From assembly GCA_003136415.1 (NCBI GenBank), contig PLEI01000106.1, forward strand, positions 7,446 to 71,445: DNA of 64,000 nt. Direction: 5' to 3'. The translations under genes and the position numbers were made by a program. Every line of letters starts with the position of its first letter. Positions within the stretch are counted from its first letter, which is position 1. Positions 47,954 through 54,968 of the stretch are shown piece by piece. This DNA is from Acidimicrobiaceae bacterium (GTDB taxonomy: Bacteria; Actinomycetota; Acidimicrobiia; Acidimicrobiales; RAAP-2). A model generated the notes under the pieces. It had not been told where the DNA came from. It saw nothing but the letters and a program-made list of their open reading frames with translations, and searched no databases.

Positions 47954-48664
47954 ATGAGCTTGCCACTTGCCGCCGCCGCCGACGATCCGGTGCATTGGAC
48001 GTTGATTGAAGCCCGTGGCGAGGACGCTCGGACCTTTCTCCAGGGCCAATTGTCCTGTGACGTGCTGTCTTTGTCCCTTGGGCATTGCGTTCACGGGCTT
48101 CTACTGACGCCGAGCGGTGAGGTGATTACTTCGCTACGGTGCGACTTTCACCCCGAGGGTGTCGACATTGTGGTCCGCTCCGAGCTCGTCAACCAGACTC
48201 TGGCGGCGCTGCGCCGGTTCCTCCTGCGCACCAAATGTGAGCTGCGCGAGGCCGGCGAGGTTCCGGGTGACTATGCGACCATTGGTCAACAGGTGGGACT
48301 CGGCGAGCCGGGCCCCGCCGAGTTCGCCAAGGGCGTCGCGGCACACACCTTCGGTCAGGGGTTCGTCGATCGCCACGTCTCGTTCACGAAAGGTTGTTTC
48401 ACCGGCCAGGAGCTCGTGGGCCGTCTCGACGTGCGAGGCGGCAACGTGCCTTTTCACCTCGCGAGAGTCACGGGCGACAGCATTGCCCATATGGACGTCG
48501 TCGTTCGTTCGGCGGGGCCGAGTGGAGAACGCGGCCTGCAGGGGCTTACGACGGTGTATGACCGGGACGGTCCGCGAGGACTCGCGCTCGTGCATCGGAC
48601 GTTGCTCGGTGACGAGCCGAGGGGCACGGTCATGGATGTAGCCGTCGAGTTGCTCCACGATTGA
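47954..48664 (+). CDS. ygfZ: Folate-binding YgfZ / glycine-cleavage-T-like protein
   Basis: 236 aa. Motifs are EARGEDARTFLQGQLSCDV and KGCFTGQELVGR (a KGC[YF]xGQE-type motif). Confidence 0.75.
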   Translation: MSLPLAAAADDPVHWTLIEARGEDARTFLQGQLSCDVLSLSLGHCVHGLLLTPSGEVITSLRCDFHPEGVDIVVRSELVNQTLAALRRFLLRTKCELREAGEVPGDYATIGQQVGLGEPGPAEFAKGVAAHTFGQGFVDRHVSFTKGCFTGQELVGRLDVRGGNVPFHLARVTGDSIAHMDVVVRSAGPSGERGLQGLTTVYDRDGPRGLALVHRTLLGDEPRGTVMDVAVELLHD

Positions 48665-48679
48665 GTCGGTGGCGACCGT

Positions 48680-48685
48680 TAGCCT
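48680..48685 (+). promoter_or_regulatory. Putative -10 (TAGCCT) for the TrpF-like gene, leadered
   Basis: TAGCCTGAT is followed by the SD AGGAGG and ATG 48705. Confidence 0.35.
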
Positions 48686-48704
48686 GATAATCAGGAGGTA
48701 GCGA

Positions 48705-49373
48705 ATGCTGCTCGACGCCGAGGGGCTCTTCATCAAAGTATCGGGGCTCACGTCCGAAGCCGACACGCTCTTCGCCATCGCCCTGGGTGCCAATGCCGTC
48801 AGCTTCGACTTCGGTCCCACGCCGCGACAGATATCGACGACCCTGGCACACGACATCGTGCGGCGACTCCCGTCAGGCGTGGTGTCCGTCGGAATCTTTC
48901 ATTCTGAGATGCCCGAGCGTATCGTCGAGATCACGAACACTCTGGGTCTCAGTGCAGTTCAGATAGAGGGCACCATGTCCAAGTCCGCACTTCGCTACGT
49001 TGCCGAACGGGTGCGTACGGTTATTCGCTCGGTCACGCGTGCCGACGACGCGTACGAATTCGAGGCGGACCTGGGCGTGGATTATCTATTGTTGCCAGAG
49101 TCCGACCGTCACGACGACATGCTGGCGTGTCTCAGCGTCTTCGACGATCCGCTGTTATTGCGACCGGTCATCGCTTCGGGCCTCGACGAATTCAGTGTGG
49201 TGGGACTCGTCCAGCATTACGACGTGTGGGGCGTGGACGCCCTCAGCGGAATTGAGAGCGAACCGGGCGTCAAGGACCCCGTGAAGATGGGGGAGTTCAT
49301 TTCTAACGCCCGCTGGGCCTTTGAGAACGCCGCGGTGCCCCGCCGATCGTGGCCAGAGGACGATTCGAACTAG
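48705..49373 (+). CDS. Phosphoribosylanthranilate isomerase (TrpF)-fold protein, divergent; catalytic residues apparently missing
   Basis: TrpF-like blocks are IKVSGLT, GANAVSFDF, VGIF, LSAVQIEG, ASGL and GVDALSGIESEPGVKD. However, Ser replaces the KxCG cysteine, and I see neither a GG[ST]G...FDW block nor an LLD aspartate. Confidence 0.6.
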   Translation: MLLDAEGLFIKVSGLTSEADTLFAIALGANAVSFDFGPTPRQISTTLAHDIVRRLPSGVVSVGIFHSEMPERIVEITNTLGLSAVQIEGTMSKSALRYVAERVRTVIRSVTRADDAYEFEADLGVDYLLLPESDRHDDMLACLSVFDDPLLLRPVIASGLDEFSVVGLVQHYDVWGVDALSGIESEPGVKDPVKMGEFISNARWAFENAAVPRRSWPEDDSN

Positions 49374-50569
49374 GCCAGGTACCGGCGCAAGATGACGCTA
49401 CCGTTGTGTCCGCCGAAGCCAAAGGAGTTCGACAACACGACGTCGATGGTGGCCGCGCGGGGTTCACCGATGACAACATCAAGCCCAATCTCTGGATCCA
49501 CCACCGTGGTGCCCGCGGTCGGGGGAATCGACTGGTTGAGCAGCGACATGACCGAGACGACACCCTCGAGAGCACCCGCCGCGGCCAACGAGTGTCCCAG
49601 GTGTCCCTTCACCGACGTGACCGGCGGGACGTTGTCGCCAAAGACGTGACGCATCGCGACGGACTCGGCCAAGTCGTTCAGCGGCGTCGATGTGCCGTGG
49701 GCATTGATGTGCGACACGTCGGCCGCGGTGATACCCGCGTCGGCGAGGGCAATCTCCATGCAGCGAATGGCGCCCGAACCGCGCGGGTCGGGCGCGGTGA
49801 TGTGGTGTGCGTCGGCCGTGGAGGCCGCGCCGATCACCTCGGCGAGGATGATGGCACCACGAGCCACCGCGTGGTCCCACTCTTCAAAGACCAGCACGCC
49901 CGCACCCTCACCCATGACGAAGCCGTCGCGGTCAATGTCGAAGGGGCGCGAGAACTCGGTGTTCGAAAGAGCCGTCATGTTTCGAAAGCCCGATTCGGCA
50001 ATCTGCACCATTACCGCTTCCGCACCGCCCGCGACGGCAACCGTCGAACGGCCCGAAGCGATCATCCGTGCGGCGTTGCCCATGGCGTGAGTGCCTGCCG
50101 CACACGCGGTCGTCACCGTCTCACAGGGGCCGCCCAGACCAAAGCGCATCGAGACAGCGGCCGAGGCGGCGTTGGGCATCATCATGGGCACCATGAAGGG
50201 CGACACCCGTGACGGGCCCTTCTCGTCCAGAATGCGCAGCTGCTCGATCACCGTCTGCAGGCCACCGATGCCGGTGGTGACCACGCAACCCGCGTCGAGC
50301 AGTGGACCCTCTAGCCCGCTCTGTCGCCAGGCCTCGTCGGCGGCCATTAGTCCGTAGAGGGCGAAGGGGTCGAGGCGACGCAGTTCCTTGGGGCCACCGA
50401 TGTGCTCGGCGTTAAAGGGCGCGAGGCGCTTGGACTCCGGTGCGGAGTCTTTTTGTAGAGCCTGCCAGAGGGCTTCGACACCGACACCGGCGCACGACAA
50501 TGCTCCCAGTCCGACGACTGCGACGCGACGGCCCTGCAGTGGTCCCGACGAGGTGACCGCGACTTGCAC
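49370..50569 (-). CDS. fabF: 3-oxoacyl-[ACP] synthase II (KAS II)
   Basis: 399 aa with a GTG start overlapping the acpP stop (TAGTG). Motifs are VTTACAAGTHA, HGTSTPLND, GHSLAAAG and NSFGFGGHN. Confidence 0.9.
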   Translation of the reverse strand: MQVAVTSSGPLQGRRVAVVGLGALSCAGVGVEALWQALQKDSAPESKRLAPFNAEHIGGPKELRRLDPFALYGLMAADEAWRQSGLEGPLLDAGCVVTTGIGGLQTVIEQLRILDEKGPSRVSPFMVPMMMPNAASAAVSMRFGLGGPCETVTTACAAGTHAMGNAARMIASGRSTVAVAGGAEAVMVQIAESGFRNMTALSNTEFSRPFDIDRDGFVMGEGAGVLVFEEWDHAVARGAIILAEVIGAASTADAHHITAPDPRGSGAIRCMEIALADAGITAADVSHINAHGTSTPLNDLAESVAMRHVFGDNVPPVTSVKGHLGHSLAAAGALEGVVSVMSLLNQSIPPTAGTTVVDPEIGLDVVIGEPRAATIDVVLSNSFGFGGHNGSVILRRYLA

Positions 50570-50808
50570 TACAGCTTGGCGTAGATGAGTTCGAACGCTT
50601 CGCCGACGGTCTTGATGTCCTTGAGCTCGTCTTCAGCGACTTCGATGTCGAAAGTTTCCTCCAGCGCCATGACCAGTTCGACGAGGTCGAGGCTGTCGGC
50701 ACCGAGGTCATCGGCGAAGGAAGCCTCGAGGGTTACCTGCGAGGGCTCAACGGCCAATACTTCAACGGCGTTATCTGTGAATTTGGTGAGCGCTTCGCTA
50801 CGTTCCAT
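50569..50808 (-). CDS. acpP: Acyl carrier protein
   Basis: 79 aa with the motif DLGADSLDLVELVMALEETF. The SD AAAGGGG lies upstream. Confidence 0.95.
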   Translation of the reverse strand: MERSEALTKFTDNAVEVLAVEPSQVTLEASFADDLGADSLDLVELVMALEETFDIEVAEDELKDIKTVGEAFELIYAKL

Positions 50809-50836
50809 GGTTCTACCCCTTTGTATGTCTCGAACA

Positions 50837-50842
50837 ATGCTA
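50837..50842 (-). promoter_or_regulatory. Possible -10 (TAGCAT) for acpP-fabF
   Basis: On the minus strand TAGCAT lies 28 nt before ATG 50808. The -35 position overlaps the proximal CGATATCG palindrome. Confidence 0.3.
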
Positions 50843-50855
50843 CTAAAAACCGCAA

Positions 50856-50970
50856 CGATATCGACACTCGCGGGACTTTCGCGTGCTCGTCGTCGACGTC
50901 GATAGCCGGGCGTACGCGATAGGCGACGAGGTTACTGGCAAGGAACCCGACAACTAAAGCGATATCGACA
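50856..50970. repeat. Two direct copies of CGATATCGACA (each containing the palindrome CGATATCG), 104 nt apart
   Basis: The copies lie at 50856-50866 and 50960-50970, inside the 465-nt fabG-acpP spacer. Confidence 0.6.
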
Positions 50971-51160
50971 GCGGTCTCGCCCTTCCCCTTCGCGAGCGAC
51001 GGAGGCCCTTTCTGGTTCGCCGCCACGTCGGATGCCAACACGCCGGTCACCGACAAGCATTTCGCACCCGGCCCGGCGCGCTTGACGTCCTTTGGCAATG
51101 CGCAGACCGGCGGCTGTTTCGGGGTCTCAATTCGGTGAAGAGCACCATTGTGACGGTGCA
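50880..51160 (-). pseudogene. Relic of a short-chain dehydrogenase/reductase (FabG-like C-terminal half)
   Basis: Minus-frame translation gives ...ALPKDVKRAGPGAKCLSVTGVLASDV...SLAKGKGETAVDIALVVGFLASNLVAYRVRPAIDVDDEH. This parallels the neighbouring FabG sequence SLAREVASRAITVNVIAPGFIDTEM...IPMGHVGTTGDVAGLVGFLASDCAAYITGQVIAVDGG. There is no intact N-terminal half. An in-frame stop lies upstream, and the frame runs into acpP. Confidence 0.4.
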
Positions 51161-51273
51161 GTTATTGGTCGTGAAGCGGACCACGGCCGATTCCCCCCAT
51201 GAAGGCTATCGAGCAGTACTGACGCCGTGATCTAGGTCGAGGCGTTCGCTCACGTGGTGATTGGACCGTTGAA

Positions 51274-51978
51274 TCAAAGACCCATGGCGAGACCGCCATC
51301 GACGGCGATGACCTGGCCGGTGATGTACGCGGCGCAGTCACTGGCTAGGAAGCCAACGAGACCGGCGACGTCGCCAGTCGTGCCCACGTGCCCCATGGGG
51401 ATCAAGGCAGTCATCTCGTCACTGGTCGAGCCCAGCTCCGACGTCATCTCGGTGTCAATGAAGCCCGGAGCAATCACGTTGACGGTGATGGCGCGGCTCG
51501 CGACCTCGCGCGCCAGTGAGCGCGCGAGTCCTACCATGCCCGCCTTGGCGGCAGCGTAATTGGCCTGTCCGGGGACGCCGTAGAACGGGCTGACCGAACC
51601 CATGAAAATGATGCGTCCCGAGCGCGCGCGAATCATCGACGACAGCACCGCACGCGCACTGAAGAAAGCCCCGTCAAGATTGGTCGAGAGCACGTCGCGC
51701 CACTGTTCGTCGCTCATCCTCATTGCCAGACCATCTCGGGTGATGCCGGCATTAGCGACCAGAACGTCGACCGGGCCGTTCGCGGCAATCGTGGCCTTGA
51801 CCGCTGCGGTGACGGACTCCGACGACGCAACGTCAACGGCGAGCGACATCGCACAACCATCGGGCGCGGTACCCGACCGCGACAGCCCCACCACGGTGTC
51901 GTCCAGGGCAATGAAGTGCTCGGCAATCGCGGCGCCGATGCCCCGGCTGGCGCCAGTGACGAGTACGTGACGAGTCAT
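51274..51978 (-). CDS. fabG: 3-oxoacyl-[ACP] reductase
   Basis: 234 aa. Motifs are VTGASRGIGAAIA, NAGITRD, YAAAKAG and the C-terminal ITGQVIAVDGG. The ATGA overlap couples it to fabD. Confidence 0.85.
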   Translation of the reverse strand: MTRHVLVTGASRGIGAAIAEHFIALDDTVVGLSRSGTAPDGCAMSLAVDVASSESVTAAVKATIAANGPVDVLVANAGITRDGLAMRMSDEQWRDVLSTNLDGAFFSARAVLSSMIRARSGRIIFMGSVSPFYGVPGQANYAAAKAGMVGLARSLAREVASRAITVNVIAPGFIDTEMTSELGSTSDEMTALIPMGHVGTTGDVAGLVGFLASDCAAYITGQVIAVDGGLAMGL

Positions 51979-52898
51979 AGTGTCATCTCCTGAAGTTCGA
52001 GGGGCGTAGCGGGGGAGACCTGGCGCTCGAAATCCCTAATGCGCTTGGTGAGCCCGGTGAGCACGCCCGACGGCGGCAACTCGACGCTCATGGTGACCGC
52101 TGCGGGGAGCGCCAGCGTCGCGTCGAGGAACTGCACCGGTGACGTGAGCTGGCGTGACAACAAGTCCCGCCACTCCGCCGCGCTCGAATGAGCGACTCCG
52201 TCGACGTTGGCGATGACGACGTGGTCCGTCGTTCCCCAATCGACCGATGACAAGGCGTCGTCGAGGGCCGCCTGGGCGCTCGCCATCAAGGGTGAGTGGA
52301 ATGCGCCGCCCACCGCCAACGTTGTCACGCGGCGCCAGCCGAGTTCGCGATGATTGACCAACAGGAAGTCGAGTCCTTCGCGCGTGCCACTCACCACGAT
52401 CTGACCAGTGCCGTTGATGTTGGCAACCCAGACGCCGCTCAGTGCGTAGAGATTCTCTCGCGCGGCGACGTCGCCACCCATCACCGCGACCATCGAGCCT
52501 TCAATCTCTTGCGCCGCCGCGGCCATGGCCACTCCGCGTACCGCAATGAGCCGTGCACCGTCCTCCACGCTCAAGAGACCCGATGCCACCAGTGCCGAGA
52601 ACTCGCCCAGTGAGTGACCCAGGAGGTAGCGCGGACGCATCCCGCGGTCGAGCAATTCGTGATAGCCCACCAACGACAGCGCGAAGGTGGCAATCTGCGC
52701 CCGGTCGGTGCGCACGACTTCGTCGTCACCTGCTTCGAGCAGTAGGTACGCCACGTCCATATCCGACGCCTCGGAGATCTTGTCCACGAGCGGCCAGTGC
52801 GCACTCTCACGCCAGGGCACTCCGGCACGGCCGGCGAGTGAGCCCTGGCCGGGAAAGAGGGCGACGACGTCGTCGCGGAGGGGAAGTGAATGTGTCAT
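51975..52898 (-). CDS. fabD: Malonyl-CoA:ACP transacylase
   Basis: Trimmed to ATG 52898 because the ORF-track extension reads through the tRNA. Motifs are LFPGQGS, GHSLGEFSALVASG and GAFHSPLM. Confidence 0.9.
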   Translation of the reverse strand: MTHSLPLRDDVVALFPGQGSLAGRAGVPWRESAHWPLVDKISEASDMDVAYLLLEAGDDEVVRTDRAQIATFALSLVGYHELLDRGMRPRYLLGHSLGEFSALVASGLLSVEDGARLIAVRGVAMAAAAQEIEGSMVAVMGGDVAARENLYALSGVWVANINGTGQIVVSGTREGLDFLLVNHRELGWRRVTTLAVGGAFHSPLMASAQAALDDALSSVDWGTTDHVVIANVDGVAHSSAAEWRDLLSRQLTSPVQFLDATLALPAAVTMSVELPPSGVLTGLTKRIRDFERQVSPATPLELQEMTL

Positions 52899-52905
52899 AT
52901 CGTCA

Positions 52906-52911
52906 AAAGTA
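52906..52911 (-). promoter_or_regulatory. Putative -10 (TACTTT) giving leaderless fabD
   Basis: On the minus strand the sequence reads TACTTT-tgacgat-ATG(52898). It lies 6 nt downstream of the tRNA-Leu 3' end. Confidence 0.4.
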
Positions 52912-52917
52912 ACAGCG

Positions 52918-53000
52918 TGCCCGGGGCGGGACTCGAACCCGCACGCCCTCTCGAGCAAAGGATTTTGAGTCCTCCGCGTCTGCCATTCCGCCACCCGGGC
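52918..53000 (-). tRNA. tRNA-Leu (anticodon CAA), class II with long variable arm; CCA not encoded
   Basis: The reverse complement folds as acceptor GCCCGGG/CCCGGGC, anticodon stem GAGGA/TCCTT with loop CTCAAAA, a 15-nt variable arm, T arm GCGGG-TTCGAGT-CCCGC and discriminator A. Confidence 0.9.
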
Positions 53001-53039
53001 TGCGGGTGAGACGCTAGCAGTTTACGTATGGTGGATAAA

Positions 53040-54086
53040 ATGAAAGCGCGCCTCTGGCGACACGACATGAAATTGGCGTCTCCGGTCACTTCGGCGTCCC
53101 AAGTTCACTCGACGCGCACCCACCTGTTTTTGGAACTGGAGGTCGACGGAGTGCGCGGGCTCGGGGAAGTCTCTCCCCAGCCCGAGTCGCTCAACGGAGA
53201 CCCGGGAGTCGAGGACGTGATCCTTGAACTCGAGCACTACACGTTGCGCCAATTCATCGAAGTGGCGCAACGAGAAGGCGAGGCGCCGGCCTGGGCGCGC
53301 GTGACCCACTTCGCCGGTTCTCGCCCCGCCAGTTACACCGCCAGTGCATTGCTCGAAATGGCGCTGCTCGACGCATCGTTGCGCTCTCGCCAGAGCACCA
53401 TCGAAGACCAGTGGCCTGCTCGTTTTGATACGCCCGTGCAGGCAACGGTGTCACTACTCGACGACAATCCGTGGGCGTCCCTCGCTGGTGCCGCGCAAGT
53501 TCGGGCCAAGATTTCGGCGAATCCGGTACCCGAAGAGAAGTGGGAGCAACTCGCCAACTTGAATCTTCCGGTGCTACTCGATTTCAACTGCTCGGGCGGC
53601 ACCGTCGAGGACGTGGTCGCGACACTCAACGTCGCGCTCTGCCACGTAGACGTCGCCGCCGTCGAGCAACCTTTCGCACCGGGCAACATCGTCGAGCATG
53701 CCCGTCTAGCCGCCCTGATCGACGTAGCGGTCTCCTTGGACGAAGGAGTGCGTCACCGGCGTGATCTGGAGCAAATAGTCCGGTATGGCGCCGCGCGGTG
53801 GGTCTGTATCAAGCCCGCTCGAGTGGGGGGCTACGCCCAGGCCCGTACGATGATCGAACGTGCCCAGCATCTCGGACTCGGGGTCTACTTGGGCGGATTC
53901 TTCGAGTCGCCCGTGGCGCGGCGGGCGAATAGGGCCCTCGCTCGTCATTATCTCGAGCGCCCCAGCGATGTTGCCCTCTCGAATCTGTACGCGGGCAACG
54001 TCGTGTCGCCCGATTCGTGGGGCTGTGGATTTCTTCCCGGAGCCGACTTGGAATCATCAAAAACGCTGGTGAATAGACACTGGTGA
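53040..54086 (+). CDS. menC: Enolase-superfamily enzyme, probable o-succinylbenzoate synthase
   Basis: The start is ATG 53040 (SD GGTGGA) or ATG 53028. Patterns are GLGEVSP, AAVEQPF, SLDEG and CIKPARVGG. The MenC call rests on the family pattern plus the nearby menF and menG genes. Confidence 0.6.
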   Translation: MKARLWRHDMKLASPVTSASQVHSTRTHLFLELEVDGVRGLGEVSPQPESLNGDPGVEDVILELEHYTLRQFIEVAQREGEAPAWARVTHFAGSRPASYTASALLEMALLDASLRSRQSTIEDQWPARFDTPVQATVSLLDDNPWASLAGAAQVRAKISANPVPEEKWEQLANLNLPVLLDFNCSGGTVEDVVATLNVALCHVDVAAVEQPFAPGNIVEHARLAALIDVAVSLDEGVRHRRDLEQIVRYGAARWVCIKPARVGGYAQARTMIERAQHLGLGVYLGGFFESPVARRANRALARHYLERPSDVALSNLYAGNVVSPDSWGCGFLPGADLESSKTLVNRHW

Positions 54087-54093
54087 GTGGATT

Positions 54094-54099
54094 TACACT
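54094..54099 (+). promoter_or_regulatory. Putative -10 (TACACT) giving a leaderless 54107 gene and pdtaR operon
   Basis: The sequence reads TACACT-ctgttaa-GTG(54107). Confidence 0.4.
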
Positions 54100-54106
54100 C
54101 TGTTAA

Positions 54107-54406
54107 GTGGGAACACGTTCGCAGAAGCGACACCTAGAGGACATCCAGCGCCGGCTCATGGGTGCGAGAGAGAGTCTCCGAGTGCTCGAAGAACAGGTCG
54201 CGGTCTGGAATGAGGCCCTAGACGAGGCTCGAATTCGCTCGCTGGTTTCAGAGACCCCGCTGCTTACGGCAGAATATAACGAGTTGTCAAAACACGTAGT
54301 GGCCGCGAACGCCGAGATGATTCGGCGTTCCAACGAAGTGCAAGGCCTCACGGCCGAGCGTGACGACCTGCTACGTGACTGGGTACCGAAGGATGAAAAT
54401 GGATAA
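54107..54406 (+). CDS. Small (99 aa) predicted coiled-coil hypothetical protein
   Basis: The sequence is heptad-like and rich in charged residues (HLEDIQRRLMGARESLRVLEEQVAVWNEALDEARIR...). It overlaps the pdtaR start by 14 nt. I recognise no family. Confidence 0.5.
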   Translation: MGTRSQKRHLEDIQRRLMGARESLRVLEEQVAVWNEALDEARIRSLVSETPLLTAEYNELSKHVVAANAEMIRRSNEVQGLTAERDDLLRDWVPKDENG

Positions 54407-54968
54407 GCGCGTTGTCATAGCCGACGATGAATCAATCATTCGTCTCGACCTCAAGGAGATCCTTGAGGGTGATGGCTACTTGGTCGTCGGCGAGGCCGCC
54501 ACCGGCGATGACGCGCTCGAACTGATCCGCACCCTCGAACCCGACCTGGCGCTGCTCGACGTGAAGATGCCCGGCATTGACGGTATTGAGGTGGCCCGCG
54601 CCGTCAAGGGTGGTGCCACTCAGGTGGTGCTGCTCACCGCGTTCTCCCAGCGTGCCCTCATCGAGAACGCTCGCGAGGCGGGCGTCGTCGCCTACCTCGT
54701 CAAGCCCTTTCGTTCGAGTGAGATCCTTCCCAAGCTGGCCGCGATCGTCAATCCCGCGTCGGTGAATCCCGACGTGGCCGATGTGGTGAGCGTGGACGAC
54801 AAGATCGAGACCCGCGAGATCGTCCAACGCGCGAAGGAGACCCTGATGCGCGAGCGTGGGCTCGACGAGCCCGCCGCGTTCGAAATCATTCAGCAGTCGG
54901 CGATGCGTGGACGCACGCGAATGCGCGACATCGCTCAACAGATTTTGAAGGGCGAATTCGTTGGCTAA
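54393..54968 (+). CDS. pdtaR: ANTAR-domain response regulator (PdtaR-like RNA-binding antiterminator)
   Basis: The receiver domain reads VVIADDESIIRLDLKE...DLALLDVKMPGIDG. The C-terminal ANTAR region is IVQRAKETLMRERGLDEPAAFEIIQQSAMRGRTRMRDIA. Confidence 0.85.
   Translation: MKMDKRVVIADDESIIRLDLKEILEGDGYLVVGEAATGDDALELIRTLEPDLALLDVKMPGIDGIEVARAVKGGATQVVLLTAFSQRALIENAREAGVVAYLVKPFRSSEILPKLAAIVNPASVNPDVADVVSVDDKIETREIVQRAKETLMRERGLDEPAAFEIIQQSAMRGRTRMRDIAQQILKGEFVG

Noticed and set aside
52918-53000. tRNA-Leu as an integration site for a mobile element or genomic island
   Set aside because: Both flanks are core genes (fabD and the menC-like gene) immediately adjacent to the tRNA. There is no integrase, and I saw no repeat of the tRNA 3' half elsewhere in the window.
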